Part shown: positions 1-11,621 of the stretch, piece after piece
Position numbering within the stretch: the stretch's first letter is position 1
Layout of the letters: every line of letters starts with the position of its first letter
DNA from: Utricularia gibba
Taxonomy: Eukaryota; Plantae; Magnoliophyta
Assembly (NCBI GenBank): GCA_002189035.1
Contig: NEEC01000002.1
Span: 2,728,001 to 2,792,000 of the forward strand
Reading direction: 5' to 3'
Length of the DNA: 64,000 bases
Position numbers and translations under genes: made by a program
The notes under the pieces: model-generated
Seen by the model: only the letters and a program-made list of their open reading frames with translations
Told to the model about the DNA's origin: nothing
Databases searched by the model: none

Positions 1-574
1 AGATCAATAAAGTTGGATTTAGTGTGATTACCTTATATAAATCCCAATAATTTTTTAATTTCATGTCTAATAAGAGATGCCATATTTGTCAATATCTAGC
101 AATCCTTGTATCTGTCCCAACAACACGGTTGGTCTTTTCCACATTAACACAATGTGTTTATTATTCTTTACTTGTAGAGGTTTTTTCATTAAATTTCCTT
201 TTAATTTCTAGAGACCAATTTGATAATTCCAAGTTAAGAAATCCTTTAAAATAATTTTCCTTTATATGAACTTTCTTCTTGCATTTGATACAATATCTCA
301 TCTTCTTATCAATAGCATTTTTAATGTTGTTTTCATGAACCATGATAGTATTTTCTGGAAAACTTCTACTCATTAATGTAGAATATTCACATTAGCATTC
401 AAATTTGCGTATTAGGCCTCATATTAAAATGATGTTGAATGCTAATTCTAGAGATGTTGGAAGTTGTGTTGCTAGTATTAGATTTCTAGCAATATCATAA
501 CTTTTATGCGGTTCTAACAAGAATTGAGTTAATCTTGCAATTGCTAAATCTCCGTCTGTATCTTGTTTTTCCAT
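1..574 (-). mobile_element. Decayed A-rich ORF with a degenerate CCHC zinc knuckle (retroelement gag or caulimovirid capsid-like remnant); runs off the left edge
   Basis: One minus-strand frame runs from ATG 574 to position 1 (about 191 codons, MEKQDTDGDLAIARL...MSRSFPENTIMVHENNIKNAIDKKMRYCIKCKKKVHIKENYFKG...), broken only by scattered in-frame stops, with no introns. CIKCKKKVHIKENY (292-251) fits CX2CX4HX4C with G>V and C>Y single-base changes. Confidence 0.5.
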
Positions 575-1561
575 GACAATGTTTGTACTTGAAAACTAAT
601 ATCAATGATGCAATTTCATTCCATAAACTCCTCACCTTTAGATAATAATATATAATATTTATAGTTTTCTAGTTCGAGATATACAATTATGTAAACAAAT
701 AAAAAAAAGAGCAAAAATGCTTCTTTTCCTAAAATACAATTATGGAAGAACACAAGGTTATTATTCCTCCTCAAATATCATTATGTCATGTTTCATCATA
801 TTAGATTTAATTATTTAAACTTATTTAAAATCTTATATACAATTTAAATCAAGTTCTGTTTAGAATAAAACCTTTAACAAGCAACTACCTGAAATAAACC
901 ATATTCCAAATCCACATCTAAGAAATAAATATTCGCATCAAAATCAATAGTCACAATTGAAAGTTGATATTGGAAAGTTCCTTCTCGAGAAGACCCCAAA
1001 ACAATCTGCAGAAGAGAACAAAGAGAAGAGGTTAGTGTAGAGGTCTCAAAACATCATCCTATAAACAAAAAGGTGATTGGTATAGCAGCCAGCTTCTTTG
1101 TAGGATTCAATCGGATCCCTTGTCAAAACATTGGGAATTTTTATGAACTCCCAAGCAGAAAGGGAATTAACCAAATCCAGAAGGATGGATTGAAACCCTC
1201 ATGTGTTTTCATGCGGAGCACTTACAGCATTAAGAGAACGAGGAACTGCACGATACCAAGCATCTAACTACAGTAGTATCCGCAGAAGGAAGCGCTGGCC
1301 AACACAATGGCATACTTTTTGAGTTTTAGAGACCTACCCAGGAGTGAGCAAACACTTGAAAAGTCAACTTTCTGCCACGATTAGGTAAATTGTGAACATA
1401 AACAAGGTGAGCAAGTAGGGAGTTACCTACAAACCATAACCCATGCAGTAACCCAACGTGCTCCAGTTTCAGCCACTGGAGAATACCAAGGGCATTTTGA
1501 AGAACATCCAACACCGGTAGATGAAGAGATGCACAGACCTTGAAGAGATTATTCTGATGCG

Positions 1562-4500
1562 TCACTTGTCGAATTTCATTTCAGTGTATCTGCAACACGG
1601 TAAATGTATTATAAGTTCCATTAATTCCCAATGTTTACGCTGTGATGCAAGCACCACTTACCTACGAGGATTCTTTTGCCTTGGTACAAGCTCTTCAGTC
1701 GACAGCTCTACAAAAATAAGCAGTGAGCTCTATAAGGGGAATGAAAACGCAAGGCAATTTGAAGATGCAAAAGACTTCATACATTACCAGCATTTTTTGG
1801 AGGCATCCCTTCATTATTAGCTTTTTCCCCATTGTTTTCTTTGCTGCAACCGCATGAGTACAACATCAATTAAATTATATTTAGTATCAAAGGCTGAAAA
1901 AGGAGGCTGATATTGACCGAGATAAATAATGCATACAAATGAAGTAAGCATCACGTACTTCAGAGAATGAGACGATGTTGAACGAGAAACATTGGAATTG
2001 TAAGAACCATCAACAGAAATATAAGGTGGACAGTAGGCTGCACCCAACGCTCCAGCAGCACCCGCCAAAACTGGCAGCCTATGATATATTTCCAATTGTA
2101 AAAATCACAGAATTATCATGGCTATAACAAAGAAGAAAATTCTTGTTTCAAAAGGAGACAAGAGCATGATACCATGTCATTTCAGAGCTCCCAATACCAT
2201 GTTGTGGCTGAGCCATGTATCCAGGAAAGGCCATGCCCACAGCAGGAACACCCATTCCACCAGGATGTTGACCTCCAAATTGCATAACTGTAACACATGC
2301 AACGTATTAAATTAGAACCACCCAAATTACTTGAGTCGAGCATAAAAGAACATATTTGTAGGTCTTCAAAGTTCCTAAAGCTACATTCAAAAAAATGGTA
2401 GGCAATACCTGGCAGAAAAGTAGGGAAGTTCTGGTCATTGTGGCTCCTGCCAATACTTCCTGATGCACCAATTACCTGTGCACTACCAAAGACGAAGGAG
2501 CTTTTTGCAGTGCCTTGCATGAGATCTTTACCCTTTGGATTCATTTCAGAAGCAGAATCAAGCTCTTCCTGTTCTAGTGTACTCATATTACCAGAGGCAT
2601 TGAGTGATGAAGAGGCTTGAGATCCAGAGGGCAAACACGGAGCAAATTTCTGCGCAAGCCTTTGTGGAGGAGGTTGAGAATGATTATGGCTCAGATTCCT
2701 TTGATTACTTTGAGGCAGGCTTGACGAGGGTGACCTTTTGTTCTGATTGCCAGACAAAACTTGATGATAGGATACCTGCACTGGTGAGCGCGAAACTCTT
2801 CCATGAATCCTCAACTGATTATGTGCAGTAGGCAAGGAGCCCGGTAGTGGCATCTGCATAGAACTGGGTGGTCTTCCAGCAATTCCAACAGATGAATCAT
2901 CCAAGTAAAGCTTGTCAAAGTTAATTGAATCAACCACATCTTCCCCCCTAATCATCCCAGTGGATTGTCTCATGCCAAAACCCTTATTGGCTACTGGCTG
3001 CTTATCATTTCCATTAACAGACACTGACTGAGGATCCCTTCTACTTGTCATACTGTTATCTTTTGTGGAAGACCCGGTGGGATAAAATGGAGGAGAAGAA
3101 ACATTCAAAATGGAGGCAACTTGCTTTTTGGGCAGGATTTTTTCAGGTTCTGTATTGGATGAATGTTCACCTGTTATTATGGAGCTAATGTGGGAACTAC
3201 TGCCAACAGGTTTTGCAGACCTAAAGAATGGACAGGAGCAAGATTGTAAACCAAAAAGAAAAGACGTTTACATTTCATCCTAAGTGCAATTGCAAACTAA
3301 ATGGAGAGGTAAGTATTTTAACTCACAATTTCTTGCTTGTCATCCTTGAACCATCATCATCCTTAAAAGATGGCTGATACTTCCGACGACCTTTTCCCCA
3401 TGAACCCTTAGATGCATTACCCTGATTATTACTTGGATTGCCATAGGCAGAACTTTCTTTCATCCTATTTTCACTTGAGTATACACGATCTGTCCCTTGA
3501 CTTCTTCCACGGCCTCTATGACGACCCCTAATTCCTCTTTTATGCTGTAAGAACATCATGAAAGAAACACAGTTCAAACAAACTGCAACAAGAGCACATA
3601 CTGATACCTATACACACTAAATAGATAGCTCTCACTTCTCCATGATGCCTTTCATGCGATGTTAGCTCCTCAAACTTGTCATGCCCCCATTTCTTTTCAT
3701 CCTTTGATTCCCATAACCTTCTTCCACCAAGCATCCGCCTAATAAAAAAACATCCATCAGACACCCGTTTCCTAAGTACCTCCACCGCATCTCATTGGCC
3801 TCAGCTAAGTGGTACAGATACAAGCATCATGCAAATGTTAGAACATTACCTTGCACCAGAAAAATATAAAATATAAAAACGTCAATCAGAAAATTGAAAA
3901 GGCTCTTCGGGATCGTGTTTTAGCAGAAAATTGCAGAAATCATGTCCACACAGCATACTCATGAAATCTTCACGGGCATTCTATCAAAGAAAAGTGCATA
4001 AGAAAAACTGGGGAACAGTCCTAGTACAAGGTAAACGGACTTAGGTTAGGTGCGTTAGTTACACACAACACATACGAAGCAAATTGACATACCTATGCCG
4101 CCCTCCCGCATTGTCTCGAAATCTATCGTCGTGCATATAAAACGCCCCTGCTCTCGGCACAGAAAAGGGTTCCACCTCCTTCCGTTCTTCAACTTGAGCA
4201 CCAGCAACGTTATTCACCAGATCAGCGTTCTCACCCGCCACCGTCTTCCCTTGGGAAAGGCTGTCTTCACCATTATTTTTAGAAATCCCCACTACATCAA
4301 CCGCCGTAGCCTCAACTCCAACCCGAATTTCCGCACGAACACTTTCTCCGTACTGCAGTTTAACATCTTCCACATACTCCTCATAATACTCTTCCTCCTC
4401 CTCCCCCATGTCTTCCTCATATTCGGCCACCTCACCCTCGGATTCCTCTGAATCATCTATTCTACGATAGGGTTTTTCCATTCTATCACCCCATTTTTCC

Positions 4501-4600
4501 CCAACCTCCTCTTCGTCGTCGCTCGCCTCTCGCCGCCGCATCTTCAACGACAGCTTGGCGTCCTCCGGATCACTCTCGTACTCAACTTCCCCTCCGCCAT
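1562..4600 (-). CDS. MLN51: MLN51/CASC3/Barentsz exon-junction-complex protein (Btz domain)
   Basis: Btz motifs EPFSVPRAGAFYMHDDRFR and KWGHDKFEE; also LNVSSPPFYPTGSS, VMQFGGQHPGGMGVPAVGMAFPGY, SEMTWLPVLAGAAGALGA and a C-terminal PRRYTEMKFDK*. GT-AG exons: 4600-4093, 3738-3636, 3544-3327, 3220-2409, 2287-2173, 2078-1959, 1843-1788, 1707-1662, 1589-1562. ATG 4600 is in frame only if one G is added at 4589-4592, giving MAEGEVEYESDPED. Confidence 0.92.
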
Positions 4601-6799
4601 CACCGGCAAACCAACAACAGAACAAAAATAGCAGTACAAATCACAAAGCAAGCGCCTCTATTACCTGTTCCTGGAAACCCCGAGATCCCTTACCCCCTTC
4701 AGGTAATCTAAAACCGACTACAGGATAAAATTAATGTGTTTGAATTTGATATATGATTTTATTTGAAAATTATTAATAAAATATTAAAGTTTTATATTTT
4801 ATTTATAAAATAAAATTTAACTAAACACTTGTCAATGTTAACACTTTAACGTCTATTATTTTCTTTCTTATTTATATTACAAAATATCTTTCTTTATAAA
4901 TGAAATATTTCTCAGGATGTATTTGCTTTGAATAAATTGACATATCTAAATAAAATTGAAATTAGAATAGGAAATTGTGTTTATTTCATAGAAATATTAT
5001 ATAGGAAAGGGATATCTTTTACTAAGAAAATGTTTTTTAAAATCATATTTAGTTAATAAATTAAAATTATGACAGAAAATCTTTTTATAAGTGATTATTT
5101 TTGTAAAACAAAAATTACGTACTTTCTTATAAAAACGATACAAAAATTACCTAATAAAATTAATATCAATTTATTTAAAAAAAATTAAAGAAAAGTTTTT
5201 ATAAAGAACAATAATATAAAAGAATGATAAGTGTTGAAGATAAATTGAAAAAAAATCGTAAAAACAAAAACGGTTTTCCATGACTCAAATCTCTGATTAT
5301 CATAATATGATATTAAGGAAGATCAAATTTATTTTATATTACCTATGATATTCAAATCTCAACCCTCCACCTCCCATTATATCTCCAATATACTAAGAAT
5401 TTAAAATCTATTATAATAAGGATATAAAAAATGTGGATTATAAATTTGAGATTTCAAATATTTAGTATATTAAAAATGAAATGGAATGAGTACATGTGGG
5501 ATTTGGAAATACCAAGTGATTTAAGATAAATTGGAATATGTGGGCTTAGAAACAGGTGTATTACAAATTTAGATATTGTTGATGAAGTGTATGTAAAAAG
5601 TAGTCATCCTCAAAATTTTTTGGATTGAATATGTGTGAGAGAGTGGGTGAGTGATCAATTTTGTAAATATTTCAATAAGAAATTAATATCTATATTTTTA
5701 GAAGCTTAACTTTTTGTAATTATTATAATTTTGGATTTAGCTCATGCATGCTGAAGGGAACATTAAAATGGTATTAGTTCTTGAATATTAGGATACCAAA
5801 AAGAAAAAAAAGGAAAATTGAAATTGAATTAATAGGAAAATGTTTGAAAATATGTGTGGTTGATAAATTGAAAGTGAAATAAAAATATTTTTATGAGATT
5901 TGTTTTTGTATAAAAATTATTACACCCTTTTGTGCCTTCAAAAATTGAGAATAAGGTTGTATGAAAGAAGTAAAAGAATAGAAGAATCGAAAGAAAAAAA
6001 ATGAAATGAGCGGATTGAAATGAAGTCAAATAGTTATAACGAACAATTGAGAAAAGAAAATGGTTTCAATATAGGATGAATTAAAAAAGTGACTATACGT
6101 CATAAATTATATAAAAAATCATAACTTTATATATAAATATTTTGTGTTGGTAGTTAAAAGTTCAATATAACATTAAAAAGATGCAACATTATCTAATGCC
6201 AAATGTGATATCGAAACCACACCCTCCTGCATTTGATTTCCCAATTGAATATTTGAAATTTATAATTTTTATTTTCCAAATTCCAAAAATAAAAAATAGT
6301 ATATGATTTTCTTAAAAATCAATTTTCACCAAATCATGATTAACAAGCACACCCAAAGTCACGATAAAGCCCCGAGTGTCGCTCGATCGGTTTTCTTGGC
6401 ACCTATAGGCTGTAGATTATATTTAAATTCATCGTAAAATCATAGCAATATTTTTGCAATAACTCTTTAAATTATGGGGGGAGACGGGAAAGGATTGAGG
6501 ACATGAATGCTTCATTATTTGTACTATGATGTCAACTTTATGAGGAAAATTAATCCAACGTTTGTTTTTATATTTGAAAAAGAGACAATAAAAAACTCTC
6601 GTTAGGGATTTGTTGTTTGGAATCTCCTTCCCTAATCTCTCGCTCGTCTCCTTCACTGTGACTGCAGAGTGCAGATCGGAGTAGTTGAAGGCTTATCATT
6701 TCCAGTTCCTTCGTTTTGCTGTGGTGGAAACTGTTTGAACCGTGAAATTTGGCATATTCTTGGAAAATCGAAACAGACTGAGGGTAGAAATCGGAAGTC

Positions 6800-7945
6800 A
6801 TGTTCTATGGTGCTGTGGTGTGGGATCCATGGCTGATTGTGGCTCAAATTGTTTCCCTTCAATGCCTGTATTATTTGGGGCTTGGGGTATTTTCCTCTCT
6901 TTTAGTTGGCACTCGGGTCGCCAAGATGAGTCTTGTGTATTTCTTTGATTATGCTACCGTCAACGCATCGACGACTACTGGCTGGTGTGTTATCGTTTCG
7001 TTTTTTCTCAGCTGTATTGCTGGGTGAGTTTTCAGTTGCTTGACTTTGTGAGGGTTTTCGTTGATTGATTGACGCGGTCATGAATAAAGTATTCTTTTAC
7101 GATTCATAAGATTCATGTTTGTCTTTTTTCTTAATCATCACTTGAGCATTTGCCTCCCTGTTCCATTCCCTTTTAGTATTCCTAGATAATGGCTGCAAGG
7201 TCCTGATTGGTTTGTGTCCTCATAGTTTAGGAGTATGTTTAAACTTTCTTCGACTTCAACGTTCTCGGTGGAATTTGTCATTGCGTTTCCCAAATCCACC
7301 TTTCCTCATTTTGATGTGGAGTTTACTTGTCTCATAACTAGATGAAACATTTGAAGGACATCGAAGAAGCAGACTTTGTGATCCCTTGTGGTTTTCTTTT
7401 AACCATTATGATGCGCATTTTATGGGTAGAATCCTCGTTTAATTGTTTTCATCATGTATGCAAGTTTGTTTCTTAAAACTGTTTATTGTCATGGTAAGTA
7501 GAAAAAGAGACGATCATGACATTTCTATGTGTTTTCGTTTGTGACAGAGCTGTCTTCTTAGTCTATTTAGTTGAAAGGGCAAAGAAATGCCTTGATTTTG
7601 TGGCAACGCTTTACATCATCCACCTGCTTATTTGCACTGTGTATGGAGGCTGGCCATCCTCAGTGACATGGTGGGTTGTGAATGGCACCTGTCTTGCTGT
7701 TATGGCATTGTTAGGTGAGTACCTCTGCATGAAACGGGAAATGCGAGAAATTCCCATCTCAAGACTTCGAACAAGTAAGCTTTCCCCCTTGTTTTTGAAA
7801 CATTATTGTGTGAAGTGTCCGTTTTTCAGACGCTGTTTTGTTCATCTTCTCAATAATTCATTCCTGGATACTGATGTCAGCGTAAAACCAAGCTCTTCTG
7901 TCTTATTACTTATGTGGGCATTTTTCCTTTGAATCAGGTGCTTGA
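6800..7945 (+). CDS. SYS1: SYS1 family Golgi integral membrane protein
   Basis: MFYGAVVWDPWLIVAQIVSLQCLYYL...VERAKKCLDFVATLYIIH...LGEYLCMKREMREIPI. Exons 6800-7023, 7548-7774, 7938-7945 with consistent phases. Confidence 0.93.
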
Positions 7946-8778
7946 TAAACTACCTTTTTGCCTCCGAATCCCTGGTTGTCGTATGAAGTATGCTGACTTA
8001 GACGAGAGATTTCATCAATCCTTTATATACACTATTCTCCTTTGCAAACTGACCATAACAAGTACCAGAGGTCATAAAAGATAAAAATTCTCATGAATTT
8101 GAGCATTAGCTGCAGCATCCCACATAGCAATGGATGTTGAATAATATTCAACTTGCTCTGCAAACCCTGTGCCATATTTATCCATGCTTTAGTATGCTAA
8201 TCTTCTTGCCTGAACCTGCGGCCTTTCCTGAGTTTGATGAATGATTTAGGCTATGTTTTTGAATCATCCTCGACTCTAAACCTGAATGCTCAAATGTGAG
8301 TTTGGCTTGATCCTGCAAAATTACAAGGCCTCTTTGTTATGACTTCTGTTCATAGAAAAAAGGTTCTAGGTTATCCAACGTAAATGATTTTTGTTTCAAT
8401 ATAAAATTTGTCATCTTCTATTGAGGAAATTATCTTCGATACTAATTTTTTTTAAATTTAATATGTGATAAATGAAGTATTGATGATTTTGGAACTTTCC
8501 ATTTGGAGAGGCGGAAGCCTGTTTTTAGGATTGTTCGCACTTGCGCTGGAATAATTCCATGGAAGGATCGAAGAAGATAGGGAGGGTGCAATGCACGTGG
8601 CACATGGGATTATTTATTTATCGCGAATAAAAAGGTACTAGAAGGAAGGATATCGCCGACTTCTGTGTCGTATGCTTCCTCCGTACGGTCAGAACCAAGG
8701 TCGATACGATCAGCCATGGAATTTTATTCACGGAACTCTTGATCTTCTAAAGACGAACGGGGGGCGGTCATCTTGTTT

Positions 8779-9933
8779 TCACGGCTGAGTTAGATCTGAG
8801 CTCAGTTTCTGGTTATCGTCATCCGCGGCGGCGCGTTCTTTCTTCATTTTCCTTACTTCTCCGTAGGAGTAGGAAATGAAGCCCCAGAGACACAGGAAGA
8901 GGGAGATTCCCTTCTCAGGATGGAATTTCTCGCCGTAGATGAGTACGGCAAGGATCTGTGTGATCGGAATCGTCACGGTGATGATGATGCTTGATAGAAG
9001 CGACGACGCGTAGAATATTACTCCGATTACTCCTAGAAAGAAGCATTGCCACACAATCGGACTGAGCCCTAGCAGAATATAGTATCTACTTTCCCCAATT
9101 GACTCCCCTCGCTTCTCTAGGAATCGCCTGGAAAAGAGAAAATCGTCAATCTGGAGTCAATTCCTGTCAAAAATCGTTGACATGGCGGCGAATTTGACCT
9201 GAAAATCGCGGTTCGCGAGCATTGCGACGGTGCAAAAGGCGGTGGCGACGAAGCAGTACACGAGTTGCATCTGGAGAACGAGGGAGTAAGTCATCGTTTG
9301 CTTGGCTTTCATGTACGTTAGTTGCACCAAGGGTAACATGAATCCGTACAGGGCGGCTCCACCAAGAGTCATCAGGAATCCGGCGAGATACTCCCGCCCT
9401 GATTCCCCCGTGGGGCGATCGCCGTTCGCGTGGAGCCCCAGCACCACCGCCCCGGCCGTCAGCAGCACCACCGCGTTCACGGAGTACGCCGTGAACTTGT
9501 GCTTCACGATTAGGTACGAAAAGGTGGAGGTGAACACCAACTGGGTGGCTACAATCAGCTGCGCGGTGGACACCGGCAGCTTGTTGACGCCGTAGGAGTA
9601 CATATAGTTGTCGAAGCCTGTGGCAACTCCGATCGCCACTGCGGCGGCGAGCACGTGAGGCTTCATGAAGAAGCGATCGCCGGGAGGGCGGCGGCGGTAG
9701 GCTACAGCGAGAGGGATGAGAATAATCGGCCATCCTCCGGTCTGTAGCCAGCACGCGAGCCAGATCCGGTGGCCACCCCGGATGTAGTAAAGGCGCATAA
9801 TCAAAGGGCCACCGCAGTTGCCGACGGCTAGGAGAATGCCGTTGAGAGCGAGGAACAGGGTATTCCTCATGGAAGACGGTGGGGCGGCGTCGACCGCGGC
9901 AGCCGAGGAGGAATCTACGTCCATCGGTGGCAT
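8779..9933 (-). CDS. PUP: Purine permease (PUP1-like) transporter; apparent frameshift in exon 2
   Basis: GNCGGPLIMRLYYIRGGHRIWLACWLQTGGWP, GVNKLPVSTAQLIVATQLVFT, FLMTLGGAALYGFMLPLVQL, WQCFFLGVIGVIFYASSLLS, KFHPEKGISLFLCLWGFISY. Exons 9933-9199 and 9127-8779. The frame breaks at 9093-9108; adding one G to each of two GGGG runs gives AIPREARGSQLGESRYY. Confidence 0.9.
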
Positions 9934-10493
9934 GAGCGAGTTTGGATGAGCGGAGTTCCTTTCAGCTTTCTTCCGTTGCTATCCTCTCTCTCCCTATGAT
10001 CTGCGAGGTGAGCCCACTACGAGTCCAGCGTTTTAGTACAGATTGCAAAAGCACACCAAGTTTGACACTCAAGATGAAAAGGAAGAAAGGAAGTTGGCCG
10101 GAGTGTTGTGTAGTGATGCATAGTTCAATCATGCTCAAGGTTGCTTTATTGCCTCTTCGGCCCCATTCGATGACCTCATCGCTGAAATCATCATCTCATT
10201 TTGGGGATACCCACAAGAACAAAAGAGCGGTGCGGTTGCATCAGAAAGACCGGCAACCTTAAGATCAGACACTTGGATTCGATTCAGGATTAAATGACTA
10301 AATAATGAACAGTACACCGATTCTCAGTGTACGGTTCAGGCGAAGCCAAGTCCAACACTCATTGGCTCCTTGGGCCTGACTGGTAAGAGTTGGTGGGCAG
10401 AGTGGTAAGCACATGGCAGAAGTAAATGTTATCCTCCAAATTCATTCTTGGAATAACGAGTGAGGAATGAGGCAGAAGCACTCCGATTGCTGC

Positions 10494-11410
10494 TTACTTT
10501 TCCGGCTCATCTGGGTTCTCTGTATCAGGATCCGCTTCTTCTCTTCCTCACCTTCCTCGTCTTCTTTGGGAGGAACATCCGGCAATGGCGGAGGCAGAGG
10601 AGTTTTGGTTGGGCTCAACTGAGGAGAATGTCATGTCAGGTCTTTTTCATTGTTTTGGTCTTTCACACTCCTGTGTTAAAATCAGCATAATGCATCGAAG
10701 ATGCAAAGTGACTTAACTCACACATTGTAAGGGAAGGGGAAATGTGGTTTCAGAAGAATTGTGGCCTATTAGTATGTTAAGTCGTCAAGAGTGTGGGTGC
10801 CATTCCCACGTGAAAACTTCAAATCTTGTAATGAAAACATTTACGGAGGCAAAGCCCGAATGTCGGGCATTCTCGCAGACAAAAAATGGTACGAGGAAGA
10901 GGAATAGTAATCACAGATCCCAAGCAACAATGAATTGGATAGTAGCTCGTGAACAGTATGGGTCAACGTGGTGAGAGATCATGAGTTTCTCACAGAGCAA
11001 TTTGGTATCTGGGGCGCAAAGCTTGCATGAATCTCCTGCAACCCATCTCAATATTTTTCCAGAACTTCTTCTAATTCAAATATCGCTACCTCTTGGGGAT
11101 GTCAGAGGAAATTCTTCATACCAAGAAATGTGAAGCGGATGATTCGGTGCAAAGAAAAGGGCAGAAAATTGAAAAGTGGAGAGCGGCGGGTCTTCTTCTC
11201 CCCTTCTGGAGCCATACTAAAAATCAGTGACTTCCGGAGGCATCCAACCACTCCCGCTACGCAGCTCCTGCGAAAACCGCTCAATTGGTGAAACCACAGT
11301 ACGGGCTCCGAAGACGCAGCGAACGCCGATGATGTAAAACTAGGTGAGGACAGAAGGAAAGACACTCTCGTCGAAGTTCAAGATGATAGTGATGACGATA
11401 AGAACGCCAT
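10494..11410 (-). pseudogene. CGL20: Pseudogene of a conserved plastid-targeted Pro/Glu-rich protein, recognised as CGL20-like
   Basis: Exon 1 (ATG 11410): Ser-rich transit peptide, then FSMAPEGEKKTRRSPL. Exon 2 (acceptor at 10671): ECERPKQ*KRPD...PQLSPTKTPLPPPLPDVPPKEDEEGEEE...DPDTENPDEPEK*. This matches the remembered family consensus MAPEEEKLTRRSPLDFPIEWERPKPGRRPDIFPQFSPMKTPLPPP. Lesions: in-frame TGA at codon 11, TGA at 10647-10649 where Gly is expected, a 4-bp GACA insertion near 10632, W>C, and no recognisable DFPI/donor junction. Confidence 0.75.
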
Positions 11411-11621
11411 GCAAAGGGGGAGACGCGAAACGAAATTCCCCAGAGGCCGAAACCACCACTCCAAGATGTATCCCGACCCGACCCGGCCGACCCGCATTCA
11501 CGTAGTGACTAAAAAATGGGCTTTAATTTAGGCTAATGAAGACGGCTCCAGCCCAAATCGCTAAAACGTGAGAAATATTTTGGCTTCGTCTCGGGCCTTG
11601 CGGGTGGAGTCAAGGGTGGGG
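11411..11621. promoter_or_regulatory. 211-bp bidirectional promoter between the CGL20-like pseudogene and ESP1
   Basis: Divergent ATGs at 11410 and 11622; site-II motifs TGGGCT (11517-11522) and AGCCCA (11550-11555); CACGT ACGT-core element near 11499. Confidence 0.6.

Noticed and set aside
8233-8290. TGATGA...CTGA spacing resembling a box C/D snoRNA
   Set aside because: Weak terminal stem, no recognisable rRNA guide, and it lies in the SYS1 3' region where such short motifs occur by chance.
10305-10338. 12-bp hairpin TGAACAGTACAC-loop-GTGTACGGTTCA
   Set aside because: Too short for a miRNA precursor and no match to conserved miRNAs I can recall.
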